Numbered from the stretch's first letter, positions 12,055 to 25,457 are shown. The stretch: DNA of 64,000 nt from Trichosphaerium sp. ATCC 40318 (GCA_038496445.1 JALMLS010000374.1:124001-188000), one strand, 5' to 3'. The notes: a model not told the origin generated them from the letters alone. Numbers and translations: made by a program.

Positions 12055-15000
12055 TTACATGAAGAAAACTTGTATAGCAATGCACATGAACAAAGTTACA
12101 CAAGAGAGGAATGCTTGTACATTAGATCCGGAGGTAATGCTACCTCTAGCTTGCGAAGATGGATAAATATCCAAAAAGTGTAGATTGATAGAATAAGTCT
12201 TAAACTCAACACGAATCTTGTGAGCTCCGCCAGTAACAGTTCCAAGGCTAGCAGATATTGTTTTGTATCTTTGCCAACCTATTTTTTTGGAAAATTAGCA
12301 CAATAACTTTGTCACGTGACACTCAAAAAGTTGTGGCAAACTTTTTTTTACATGGTTTTGATTTTTATGTACCTCCTGTTCCAACGAAAACAAAGTTTAC
12401 TCTTGGTGTAGCTTCGTCATCAACATAAACATCCATTGCTCTGTTACTTCCTTTACCAGATACACGTGCATCTATTGTGTATGAAGACGTTCCACTGAAA
12501 GTAACATCATAGGTAAGTGATTCTCCGGTTGCTATCCAGCCAACATTACAGCCGCCAGGGTTCTCTGAATCCTTGGCAAGTTCCAGATCAACCAAATTAC
12601 CGTCTGCTTGTACTTGTGAGTTACCACATGTTTGGCCGCCTACCAAAGATCGTTAGATATTAAAACAGTATTCAAACAATGTTGTTCAGCCACGTTGAAA
12701 ATATTACCTTGATTGGCTGCTGTAATATCGATTCTGTCAACAAAAGATTCAGCTGGAATTAAGCCAGGTCCGGTAACAGCTGCTGTAGGAGCATCTGTAG
12801 CTGCTGTAGGAGTATCTGTAACAGCTGCTGTAGGAGCGTCTGTAGCAGCAGCGGTTGGTGGTTTGGTAGTAGCGGTTGCTTCAGTGTACTAGCAGGTTAA
12901 ACTTAGTATGAATATGATTTAATTAACACATGTTTTTGCCATTTTTGTTTCGTACCTCGTATGCACCAATATCAACACCTGCGCCTTGAGGTCTAGATGT
13001 TCCTATGATATCAGAAGCGATACTGGCACGTGCATCTCCTGGAGACAGTGTTAATTTGAGACAAAAAAAGATGAGAAATATCAAAATTTCTGAGAGAACT
13101 TACCAGCATCAACGAATGATGAAGTTGCTTTGATAGAATAGTCATCATTGGCAACATTAGTAAAACCAAATTCAGGTTGTATTGTTGCAGAGCAAATATT
13201 TGATCCATCGGCACGGCGTCCAGAAGGTAAGTTCACACATGCCCATCCCGCGGATGTCGAGTACCCTGAGTAAATAATAACGTTGTTGTATGCCTACAAG
13301 TGTTAATATTTTTCAAAGAAACATACAAAAAATAGCTTACCTCCCAAGTGAGTAGTGGAGCGCCGTTGTCAGGATTGTTTGCTGATATGCCACGATCACC
13401 AGATGAGGAAATGATACTGTTATGGTTTATCTTGACATAAGTTCCTGGGTTTGTCCTTGTACCAGACACTGATGTAGTGATACCTCTTCCACCTTTTTTG
13501 ATTGACAAAATGTCAGAACTGATTATTGGTCAAAGAAAGGCTTACCTGCGTTGACAATGACGTTATTGTAAATATCAGTATCACCTTGTCCATGGTATGT
13601 GATACCAGCTCCGGTACCAGTATTAACATAGTTATTGTAAATGGAGCCTACGAAGATTAGTTAATTTTTTAACATAACAACTTTTCAAAGGGTAGCGTGC
13701 CTTTAAATCCAGTGTTTATGAAAATACCAGAATTTTGGTACAACTCATCTTCGGTACCGTAATTCTCTACGATGTTATTGTATACTTGAGTATCAGATAT
13801 GGCACATCCGACCTACGTGAGAGTAAGATTTTTATGGTACACTAAAATCCAAAAAAAAAAAAAAAGGAAAAAAGTTCAAAAATACTCAATGTTTACTCTG
13901 CACAGTGGATAGTAACGTTGTGTCGTTTTGCGCAAATACACAGAAAAAAATATTCTTTGGAAAGAATTGAACGAATACGTACTTGGATAGCATCCCAACC
14001 GATATTCTTCATGATATTATCATACACTCTAAGACCTTTGAAGTATTTTTAGCAAGCACAGGTTTTGGGTGTTTTGTGTACCTGTAATATCATGTGCTCC
14101 ACCACCATTTACGAAAACCTTTTCGTAGTTAAAGTAACCAATGTAAAAAGCTTCGGTTGCAATATCATGTATGTACATGTCGTGGAACTTTGGATTTTTT
14201 CTATGTAAAGAAGAGTTAGCCTTACAACTTGATTAGAACCTGACTTAACATACAGCACAAAGTTTGGTCTGTGATATTCTGGGTTGTCCTCAGAAGGATC
14301 TGTCTTACAAGTTACAGCAGCGTGGCCAACATTATCATAGATTTCGACACGTGAGACTTCGACATCGGAGGAACCTTTTTTTTTCGTCAAATTGTGGAGG
14401 AAATAACATTTTTTTTGCTTCAGAACGTACCTGATTCAACACCAAGACCTTTAGCACAGTTATGGATTTTAATACCATACTTTTCGGAGTCTTTTCCGTC
14501 ACCAATTATGTTCAAGTGGGATGTTTTAATTAAGATGATACCTGAAAATAAAAAAATTAGCACGTGGAAATATTTTAAGTTATTCGTGTTTTATTTTTGG
14601 CCATACCGTGCGAGACCTTATCATTAGCATTAGTAGCGCTGAGATCAGCTACTCCATCGCAATTTGTAAGAGTATAAGGTTGTGCTAAATTTGTGAATCA
14701 ATACCACTATGGGCCACTGTTGCGTTTCGAAAAAAAATGCCGAACACAAAAAAAAGCTTTGCGTACCAGCAGTGCCAACAAAGTTTGAAATAAAGAATCC
14801 AGTGGCGTAATTCAACGCTCCAGAAAAACAAATTACACCTCCTCTTGGTATATTTAATACCGAGTTGTCTGTGGTAACATAAGTAGACGCTGGGTTTGTC
14901 TTTATTTAAAAGATTAGTAAAAACAAGAAAGTTACGCTACTAGTTACTTACCGAAGGTTGTATCACGTGATCACATTCAGAGCAAGCTCTATCAGCAACA

Positions 15001-15059
15001 GCTAAAGTAAATACTGCGAGAAAAAGTAAAACAGCTGTAACACGTGTTGAAAAAGCCAT
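12055..15059 (-). CDS. Secreted, probably GPI-anchored right-handed beta-helix protein with Thr/Ala/Pro linker and CBM6-like carbohydrate-binding module
   Basis: Signal peptide MAFSTRVTAVLLFLAVFTLAVA; PbH1-like repeats (VYDNIMKNIGWDAIQVGCAISDTQVYNNIVENYG, IYNNYVNTGTGAGI, IYNNVIVNAG); the RPQGAGVDIGAYE motif; a CBM6-like segment NVGWIATGESLTYDV...GGWQRYKT...AHKIRVEF; hydrophobic C-terminus VTLFMCIAIQVFFM*. Confidence 0.82.
12774..12862 (-). repeat. Coding tandem repeat (TDAPTAA[V])x3, a mucin-like linker
   Basis: Imperfect 21-24 nt units (gctgctgtaggag..tctgta) that translate on the minus strand to TDAPTAAV/TDTPTAA/TDAPTAAV. Confidence 0.8.
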
Positions 15060-16842
15060 GGAGAATTTAATACTCCCGTGTTGCTTTGTGTTTTGTGGTC
15101 AACAAGTTTTGTATTGACACAAAAAATATCCAAATTTCTCCTTTAGATGCCACGCGTCTTTCAAAATTAGAACGTTTTCGGCTTTTCTTACCTACTTGTA
15201 TTAGAGCTAGGTCTGTCCAACGACGGTTTGGTGCATCATTTGTGTTTATGGTGCACAATGAAAAGGTGAATACCGCGAGGCGGACATCCATGTTTTTTGG
15301 CTTGTCAGTCGTTTAGTAAGACTTTATGAAAGTTCGCCCTTCAGACCCGATGAAGGTTCCCGCATTGTTTGAAAAACTCACGTTCTACATGGGCCTTTGT
15401 TTGCTTGTTGTATAATAGTTTTAGCCGACAACCAATGATGCTAGATGGTGCTTGTGAGATTCACCAAGAACATTCCAATGTGGAATTAATCGGTCTTTTC
15501 TACATATATCACCGCACCTTTCGTTATGTTCGGTCGCCAGTAGTACTAAATTACATATCTTTGTAGACCAGACCTACATACAGTAATTTAGAGTTAAATC
15601 AGTTATAAAGCGTTACTATTGTTTGGCATCACGTGAGCCATATCCATTTATTACCACAAGCTTACACCTTACGTAGTATGCTACTACTTTTAACTAGTAG
15701 GGATCAAACAAAGAGATATGTGTACCACACTTTACATAAATGTATAAGCACAATTCCAAAGACATCTTTAAAGATGAGCCAATGGTTAGTAGGTTTTAAG
15801 CTTTAACCTGAAAATAATCTAAATAATCCCGTGCCTCCAACACAAGCAGCTGTAGAATCAAAGCATTCAAAATCATTCTAGGCGTAGGAGTAGTTGGAAA
15901 GGCTACCACAATATAATTCGTTTTTCTCATATCTCGTTGAGAAACACGCTACGATACAAGGTACGCAGTCGAGCATATAACTATATGTTTATTGAGAGCG
16001 TTAAGCTAATAGCAAAACAAATATATCGGTGATTTAAGAGCTTGTAATCCTTTTTTTTTCTTAATTTTCTTAGCAACTTATTACAAAGAACATGCCTGTA
16101 CTATAATAGCGCTATGCTACTGAGGTTAGTATTTTCGTCTTATTGGCTAACCTATTAATTAGCCGAAAAAGAGCCTATCATTAAAAAAGCATCAAAGGCT
16201 ATCAGATTATCGGCTACATAGTCAGTAGTACATAAGCTTGGATTTAAAAGAACTATTTATGTATGAAGTCGGTATTCTCACTTCTCCGCAGGTTTTTGAA
16301 GTACTAATAATAGTAGGTTAGAAGTTCATACACGAAGGTAATTGTCGTGATGGGACAAGACTCTTCTCATTCCTATCTTAGTATTTTCGTTATTTTGATA
16401 GCGTAATTTCTTCAAAAGACTCAAGCTGAAAAAACTGAACTCGTTCGACTTCCCACAGAACGGAAGACCGATTTTAGGACCGTTTCTTTACCACCACTAG
16501 ACTATTGTCGGTACCTAATTGTTTGAGGCACTATGTTTATGGTATAATAACGATTGGTATATGTTTAACCATATTTAGTTGTCAGTTCTCAACATAGGCA
16601 GATTCTTTGAATGCATGTTGAAAACATTCCAACATATTTTATCAAGTCAAGAAAACGTGACGCCACAACGCGAGTGTATCTACATAAATCTCTCCAAACC
16701 ATATAAACATACTCACCAGACAAGACAGGCGTTTCCACAATCTTTGAATGTCAACATACAAAACTGTTCAATAAACCTAAACTTAGTATTAACCTACTTA
16801 GTTATTGTGGCATACAATTGAACAACACGCAAGAATTACAAC

Positions 16843-17784
16843 ATGGCAACAGAATCAAAGCAATCAACAGCGTTAGTAAACCAGCACAGTTATACAGTAG
16901 TGTTTGCTTCCGATGAAGGCGTCGTAAATGGACATCCAAGAGTATGGATAAAAGTTGAACAAGCAGGTACTTTTCACAAAGCATGTTTTGCGCGTCTTTT
17001 ATCATTGCTGCGAATGCCAAGCAGTGCTAAGTTTAATACGCTAGGTATTGTACCGGATAAATCAGGATCCAAAGCCGGCAGAAACATGGTCATCCGTAAC
17101 GCCGATACCGGCGCTATTCTTCCAATCTTTGGTGTAAATCATTGGGCTTGGCCTGGATACGGCGGTATCCAAGGTACTTGATTTCTCTTTAACAAACCTC
17201 GTTGCTTATACATTCATTAGGATGTTATGTTTGGCCTGTTGATACTCTCGCAGAGTGGACAGAGTCGAAGAGTAAAGAGGTCATTGACTTTCTTCCTCCT
17301 GGTACCAAAATCGAGATTGGCGCCCTTCACGATGGAGCCCTTGTACGCGTAGATGAAGAATGCGCTATGATAGAATATGTTGTACCGAAAGATTTGAAAG
17401 AAAATGTGATCTACACGTGCCATGTCAGTTTCACCAACAAGCTCCAAATTCCATTAACTGATTGCAAAACATACATTGACGTTGATGAGAACTCACCTTA
17501 TCACTCTGAAGTAATGACATGTGGAGGCTCTGGAGATCTAGATACGATCGAACTTGACTTTGGTCATATTATGGCCAACGGGTACATCTGCTTTATTCCA
17601 AAGTAAAGATTTCCACTCACTTTTTTTTTGTAGTAATAAGACAAAGTCATTCAAGTTTTCATTCCCTTTGATCAACCCTGACATGCCTCACCAAAAGTTT
17701 GATGGTATATTTCAACTTGCTCCTTTCTTTAAGGTCGACTACAAGAAATGGGGAGGTGCCAGCCGAGATGTTCCTGTAAACTGA
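16843..17784 (+). CDS. Hypothetical protein (4 exons), paralog B of 10663..11592
   Basis: High similarity to paralog A and the same three intron positions; ends KKWGGASRDVPVN*. Confidence 0.8.
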
Positions 17785-18468
17785 CCACATTTAATGCTAA
17801 CAGAACTAAAATGTCATCAAATAAAGTAGTATTTGTCATCACAGCCCTTTTATCCGTTGATCGTACAAAATCCGAATCACGTTATACGATAACTTTAGAG
17901 GTATAAGCGTTTTAACACAATTATCCTTTGTGGCTACGATGCTTTTAGAACTGCAGATTATGCACTCGAAAATGAATTCTTCTTTACATGGCCGTAGAAC
18001 TATCTTAGCGAGTTGAGCGATTTCATTAGCAGCGAACCGACGCTTTCTGGTAATAAATATTATGTTTCAGCAACGAACAATGTGTGAAGCAAAGTTACAA
18101 ACAGCCTAAGAGCAATTAGCTGCTGGTTTTTCTTTTTCTCCATGGTTTCAAATTCATTCACCTGAAGTTCACGTGGTTCACTGTTTTGAAGGTCGCTCGA
18201 TCACTCTCCTTAAAGAAGCTTAGCATAAGTTAAGAACATAGCTATTGATGGTTCTCAACCATGGGTTAACGAACTTTGAAATATGTCTTTGATTACAATT
18301 TTGATCGCTGCCTAAAAATCTATCTCTTGGTTCAATACACATGTTGGATTTTAAACTAATGTAGCATAGACTATATTTTTGAGAAGGCCTTCTGTTTTCA
18401 GCAAAATAGGCTTTGGAATGAAAAGTCTTACGTTCCAAATCCATAAATACAAAACGAACAACAGAGCA

Positions 18469-19432
18469 ATGCAACAAACTCCAATCTACAATCAACAACA
18501 AAGCTATCAAACTACACCACAAAACTACAACGATGCACAGCCTCGTAAGTATGGTGTTAGGAACTCTCAACAACCAATACTAAATCCACCGTTACTGCAA
18601 ACGTACTTTAAAGTACACCAAGCTCAGGATGAGTAAGTGGAAAATAGTTTAAGACTTTTTTGGTTTCACCAACTGCTAACTTATTGGTAGTCATAACGTT
18701 AAATGGTTTCATCATGAGCCTCGCATATCCATGTACAGAGAGGGTATGTAGTAAATTGTAGATCGAGATCGGCCTCAATAACAACATTGTTTCAGGCCTG
18801 GTTTATGATTTTTTTTCTTTGAAAAAACGAAAAGAGCCTCACGAAATTGTTTTTTTTCAGTTACGTAAAACACCTTACAGCACCGTGACGAATCTTTTTA
18901 AAGTAGGTTTGTATCGAGAACTTATCCTTTTTTGTCAGGAAATTATTACTTTGATGGTAGTGCACGTGTTGTTACTTCATACCTGATCAAATCATCAAAC
19001 TTTCTCTTCCGTTGGGGGTTCGAGATTTTTTCAGTTGTGTGGTTACTATTTGGACTATTGTATCCAACTCTTTTTGTTTTCTTGTGTTTTCAACACGTTG
19101 GTCCATTACTCTCAAGGAAGGGCGTTATTGCCTTAACTTTTAAACAAGACTAGCTCCTTTTGCAGGTGTTTGGACATCTTTTTGGGTTGTTGGGTGTGAC
19201 ATATGGCGTTCCCAAGCACGTGCTACCATGGTATGTTAAAAGTTGATTTTGGTTTCATTTTTTTTTTACTCATGCTATTTTAGGGAAGACTCATAGCTGA
19301 TATGTTTGGCTATGGCGATTATCTATTGAAACAAGAAGAATTAACTGACTTGAAAATTAAGTACTGGAGGAAACAACTAGAAAATCCTTCAGGACAACCT
19401 CTGGATGATGGTGCTCAGAAGTTTCAAGTATA
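18469..19432 (+). CDS. Small multi-exon membrane protein of unknown function, Gln-rich N-terminus
   Basis: Spliced model MQQTPIYNQQQ...HNVKWFHHEPRISMYRE-G-L-LRKTPY...FRWGFEIFSVVWLLFGLLYPTLFVFLCF...GRLIADMFGYGDYLLKQEE...KFQV*. It needs a 5-nt exon at 18796-18800, and one donor near 19101-19121 is ambiguous. Confidence 0.6.
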
Positions 19433-20011
19433 GCCAACATATTTCTTCGTTCATAAATGGACTCTCAGAGAACCCGCAATCAATGTAATCAACCTTTGTT
19501 AAGTAAATATTTCTTTTGTGTCTTATTTGCAAGTAATAAGTGTTGTACAAAGAATGCTATTTCAGTAATACCGATATTACGTAAAAGTAATAGAACTTAC
19601 AAGATATGCCAGTTTTGTTAGTTCTTGCAAGATCTTACACTTTGATACTTCTGACAAACCTGTTCAAACCTGATTTTAGATCATTGGTAGCGTACCCACA
19701 GAGAAGTTAGTTTTGCTAGTTCTTGGAAGAACTGACAAATCTGTTAAAACTTGACAAGGCTAGCAATGTGAATGCATCATATTCCACAACAAGAAAACGC
19801 ACCTTAAGGCAAGAAAAAAATATAATGTCAAAGGCACTACCAAAAAACTGAAGATTTACAAAGTCGTGTAAACAAACGAAAACCACAAAGTTCGTTCTAT
19901 GACTAGTCAAAATCTTTTGACCCAACAAGTGTTAATTTCGCTGAAGTTCCTTCTTTTGGCTTAAACACGTGATATTTTCAATGCTAACGTGGTATTATTT
20001 AGATATAATCA

Positions 20012-21158
20012 ATGGAGCGTAAAACAAAGTCTGTTGTATCACATCAAGAGTGCTGTGATGATTTAACCAACAGTATCCCACTGCTGGACATTCCAACAGA
20101 AATTCTTGCTCATTTACTCAGCTATTTGAAAAGAAATGATAGATTCCTGTTTCTCAAACTTGTAAGCGACTGTCAGATATTATCTACTATCACGTTGGAT
20201 ATAGGGAAATCACTATTAAATCAAGTGAAGATTGTTTATTCATTTCAGGAAGTCCACTTCTAAAAAACACAAACATATCCTTAGACTATTTCCCAACAGC
20301 AACAGATGCGGATATCTCACTTCTTTCTGGTGTCAAAAAGCTTTCAATGTATAACAACTGTGTAACAGACTTAGGATTAAAGTCCATTTGCGATGTTCGT
20401 CACTTGACAATATGCAGGTGCTCGCATATCTCAAATGAAGGATTAGAGTCTATTAGTGGTGTATGTGAGTTTACAATGCATGGCTGTAAAAACATCACAG
20501 ATGCATGTATCATAGCAATTTCAAAAGATCTTAGGTCCATTCATTTGCTTAGTACAAAAGTAACAGAACTGGGAATGAAAGCACTGAAGGGAGTACCAAA
20601 GATCAGTATACGATACTCCAATATAACAGATGGTGTCCGTCTTAGCTGGTGTTCATACTATCGACTTGACTTGCTGTAAACTCATTACAGATAAAGGGGT
20701 TTCAGCATTAGCAGGGGTGCATGAAATCAATTTGAGTAAAACACAGGTGACAGACAACAGTGTTTCAGCATTAACAGGTGTACATACAATCAATTTGAGT
20801 AGAACGGTTGTTACAGACAAAGGTGTGTGGTGTGCAACATTGCTTGTAGTGCACGTGATTGATATGAGTTATACATCAGTGACAGATAAAGGCGTTTCAG
20901 CCTTGGCTGGTGTACATACAATAATGCTTGTAGACTGTACAGGTATCAACGGATCATGTATGGGCCGCCTTTCAACTGCTCATACTATTGATATATCACT
21001 AACAAAAGCAACAAATGATTGGCTTGCCCCTCTTTCTAGTGTCAAGTTTTTGGCAATTAAAAATTGTTTTGAGATCTCCGACAAAACGTTTTGAGGCACT
21101 TGAAAAAAGAGGTGTGATGGTAAATTATACATACCGTGTTAAAATAGAAACAATATGA
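20012..21158 (+). pseudogene. F-box/LRR (GVHTIDL-type repeat) gene with three frameshifts
   Basis: F-box LLDIPTEILAHLLSYL. Homology to the neighbouring paralogs (SPLLKNT, GVHTIDL repeats) changes frame near 20203, 20633 and 21090, with no obvious intron to restore it. Sequencing error is an alternative explanation. Confidence 0.7.
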
Positions 21159-21552
21159 ACATTGCCTCCCACGTGCCAATTATCAATAAAAAACGCCTTC
21201 TAGTAAAACATTTAATTGCCAATTGTATTGTAGTCCATTAAAGTCAGATATGTTACTAACATGAAGCTTTTTCGGACTCTCAATTTGCCCACAAAACAAA
21301 GGATTATCCCAGTTGGCTTTTAGTTCTTTGTAGAACATAATATGTACTAGCAAGTTTATGGGCGCTAGAGAATGATAATGTCGCTTAAACACTCAGTTTG
21401 TAAACAATGTAAAAGACATGCATACTGTTCTGTCATTGTAATCGTCTTTTTCCTCAAACAACATTACACAAGTGTTTATAGTTTCTTAGCAATAATCTTA
21501 TCATGATGCTGCCAAATTTCAAAATGTAGGGCAAACCCACAGCATAACTTTA

Positions 21553-22979
21553 TTAATAACTCTCAAAAAACATGGGCCAGAAGTCTCTTCTTTCTGCATC
21601 CTCTGCTAGATATTCAACCGTATTGCCTGCTATTTGGGCGCTAATATATTCAATTTGATGAAGGCCCTTTAAACTAACAATTCCTTTGTCTGTGATCTGC
21701 GAGCAGCTTCTTAATTCAATTCTCTTAACATCAATAAGACTGTTCACTCCTTTGTCAGTTATAAACTCAAAGTCACGAAGGCTTATGACCTTAACACCAA
21801 CCAAGTATTGTAAACCTTTATCTGTCACAGATGAACCAGCAAGCAAAATTGTATGTACTCCAGAAAGTGCCTGTAAAGTAGTGTCATCAACACAATCAAT
21901 CCTTGAAATATTAATGACTTTTACACCTGCCAATTGTTTTATCCCATCGTTTGTTACAGATGTGCACTTACCCAAGTCAATAAAATGTACACCAATTAAA
22001 CATGATAGAGTATCATCGCTTACTTGTGTACAACCATACAGCTCTATACAAGGTATACCTGCCAACAGCTTCAACACATTGTTTGATATTTGAGTGCAGA
22101 AATCAAGCTTAATTTTTTTTATCTTCTTTGTGGTTTGATTTCGTGTCAATAAGTACTTTACGCCTTCATCAGTAATTTTCTTGCAGTCTTCTAAAGATAT
22201 GAAACTTGCATTTGTTAGTGCTTTTACACTTTCATCAGTAATATCACAATCAGCCAACTGTATTTTTTGGACATCACGTGAAATAGCAATAACACCTTTG
22301 TCACTAATTTGATAACAATTGCATAAATCTATAGTGTGGACTCCAGAAAGCATTGCCAATCCATTGTCTGTTATATCAGTCCCAGCAACATTTATTGTAT
22401 GTATTCCACTAAGGTCTTGAAGCCATTCATCTCTTAAGCGCCCATACGCCAAGTCTAAAGTATGAATACCACATAGTGCCTTAAGTCCATTTTGTAAATC
22501 AAGATTGTAGACATCATTATCTATCTGTATTACAAGGTTATGTACACCTGAAATATGTTCTAACATAGCATCTCTTAATAAGATCACCCCTGTTATTTCT
22601 AAGCTATGGACACCAGAAAGGCACTTAAAGTCATCAACAGTCATCTTTAAACGATTGTTAATCACAATTTTAGTGTTTTTTAACAAAGGACTTTTGGACA
22701 GCGTTTGAAGATTTTTCCTTGATTTAACTTTAACCTGTTTGTACCCCAAATGCTCCAAAATGATTGTAGAAAACAATTTACAAACAAATGTGGCAGATAT
22801 ACGGCCACGTTTACCCAATAGAGCCAGAATACAAAATATTATTTCTGTTGGTAACCAAAGTAACTCTAATGGTCTTTAAAACACCATATTAGCCAACACA
22901 ACGATTTACTGGTTTATTTAGAGATATAAGTGAATAAAGATATAGCGTACTCTGGAATTTGTATTAGATTATGATCCAT
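21553..22979 (-). CDS. F-box/LRR-repeat protein (one 5' intron)
   Basis: Exon 1 MDHNLIQIPE (ATG 22979, donor GTACGC) splices at an AAG acceptor to PLELLWLPTEIIFCIL (F-box), followed by ~22-aa repeats of the type ITDxGxxxLxGVHTIDL. Confidence 0.85.
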
Positions 22980-23585
22980 GGTTTCCTTCTTCAGTTCAGG
23001 CGTGTACTATTAGCTTAAGGGGTTTTATTAATAGCTTAACTGACCTAATCACATGAAAAATAACAATTGTGTACACAAATTTCACGGTCATGTGATGTAC
23101 CACGACTATTGTGAAACATCTTTACTTGTTTTGTTGAATCACCAGATTGTTTCTTGTTGAAGAAAGGGCACCTGATTACAATGGGGTTTGTTGGTTTAAA
23201 TCACGTGCACAATTTACAGGCTTTGTTTCGCTTAAAAACCAATATTTCACGGTGTGTTACACAAAGAAGAATGTGAAGACCTTCCAGTTAATCTTCTTTC
23301 TCCAGATTGTTTGAAAAGAAGAAGCCTGAAGAGAAAGCAATACTCAATGAGACAGTTTGCCCACCTCTTCAGGCATGAATAAAATGGTATAAATATCTAG
23401 ACACCGGAGTATCGGATAATGCGGTGTAAAACATATCGTAATTAGACACCCAAAATAATACCCGAAAATGTGTTACACCATCTTGTACTATGTGTTCAAT
23501 CTGAGACGTGTGCTGAAACGCAAACTTTATTGTTTGCATTTAACAAGTCAAACTGACATATGAAAATCACCAAGACAAGGATTGA

Positions 23586-25192
23586 TTAAGCGCTAGAGCT
23601 CTTTTGAACACCATTTTGACATGTCATCCTGTATAGCTTACTAAGGTTATACGACAAGTTGCTACAGGTATGAGGTAAGGAGAATTCTGGTTTATTGAAT
23701 TTATAACAAAAAAGGAACTTAGTTATATTCAGATAACAAATGATGTGTAGGAGATTCAGAAACGAGTCAAATGTTTTAGAGCTAAAAAGTTTGGCAAATA
23801 TTTTAAAACTCAGGCCATAAGTCCATGTTTGTGTTACACTGACAAGTAATTCCTCTGTTATTCGAGTACCATAAGTACAAATGTACTCAAGGCTTGTTAA
23901 ATTAACAATACCATCATCTGTGATTTGTCTACAGCATGCCAGATTAATTTTCTTAACACCAATAAGACTGTTCACTCCTTTGTCTGTTATGTGGTCACAA
24001 CCAAAAAGGCTTATTACTTTAGCATTAACTAAGTATTCCATACCTTTGTCTGTTACCAAGGTTCTATCCAGAAAAATAGTATGTACTCCAGCAAGTGCCT
24101 TTAAAGTAGTATCATCGACACAAGCAAGAAATGAGAGATTAATAACTTTTACACCTGCCAATTGTTTTATCCCATCGTTTGTTAAAGATGAACAACCAAG
24201 CAAGTTTATATGATGTACCCCTGCTAAACATGATAGAGTATCATCACTTAGTTGAGTACAACCACAAAGCTCTATAAAAGGTATACCAGCCAAAAGCTTC
24301 AACACATCATTTGATATTTGGTTGGTGCCGAGACTAATTTTCTTAATTTTGTTTGTTTTTTGATTTTGCGTTAACAAATACTTTGCTCCCTCATCTGTAA
24401 TTTCCGTACAACCACTAAGAGATATTTCACATGCATTCGTTAGTGATCTTACACTTTCATCTGTGATATCACATTGATCAAGCAGTATCTTGTGTACACT
24501 ACCTGAAATGGCAATAACACCTTTGTCGCCAATATTGTCACAATAAGATAAGTTAATAGTATGAACTCCAGAGAGTGTTGCAAGTCCTTTATCTGTTATA
24601 TGTGTACCTGAAATATTAATTGTATGGATGCCAGCAAGGTGTTGACACCACTCATCTTTTAAATATACACCTATCATGTGTAGTGTATGAATACCACGAA
24701 GTGATTTACATCCAAGACTTGTCAGCTCACAATTAACTTTGCTCATATTTAGTTTCAGATGATGTACACCTGAAATATGTTCCACCATAGCATCTGTTAA
24801 TGATAGGTCACTGTCTATTTCAAGGTGATGAACACCAGAGAGATATTTAAAGTCATCATTAGTCACATAAATATCATCAATAACTACTTTTGTATTTTTT
24901 AAAAGAGGACTTCCATGCAGCGCAAGTAAATATCCAGTTGAGTCGACATTCACTGTAAAATACCCCAAATGCTCCAAAATGATTGTAGAAAAGAGTTTAC
25001 AAACAAACGTTGCGGATATACGGCATTTCTTGCCCAATAACGCCAGAATACAAAATATAATTTCTGTTGGTAGCCAAAGCAATTCACACGACCTGTCAAT
25101 GTGATTAGACAACTTTAAGGGAAAACTAGTAATAAAAACTCGCTTTGTTGGGAGAAATATCGCATAACGTACTGTTGTACTTTATTTAGCAT
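23586..25192 (-). CDS. F-box/LRR-repeat protein (one 5' intron), paralog
   Basis: Exon 1 MLNKVQQ (ATG 25192, donor GTACGT) joins SCELLWLPTEIIFCIL, with the same phase-2 intron as the 21553 paralog. The C-terminal ~90 aa are not homologous to that paralog, so the 3' end is uncertain. Confidence 0.82.
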
Positions 25193-25457
25193 GCTATGCA
25201 ATATACGTAATAATTGGCGTGTGTTGCTTAAGAACATGCTTGACCTGAGTCCAGGGAATTGACCCGGATTACAATAAAAAAGATCCCATTTTTTAGTCTG
25301 TAGTTACTCATAACCTAACTAATGTCCGTTCCTCATATTTGATAAAACGGATGCTATCAGTGTACGGAAGTTAAGATCCAGAAAAAGAAGTCACAACTAC
25401 AAATTTTGAAGGAGCAAGCTTGGGCGCACCTGGAACAATAGAAATACGCGGACCCAC

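Noticed and set aside
15300-16800. Possible gene or exon remnants in the gap between the CBM6 gene and paralog B
   Set aside because: Some splice-like signals are present, but no consistent reading frame could be assembled.
22875-22886. In-frame TAA right after ATG GTG TTT in the F-box gene (possible readthrough or alternative genetic code)
   Set aside because: The sequence is the 3' end of an intron (ctaat branch, AAG acceptor). The true first exon starts at 22979, and the paralog has the same intron. Other genes use TAA, TAG and TGA as normal stops.
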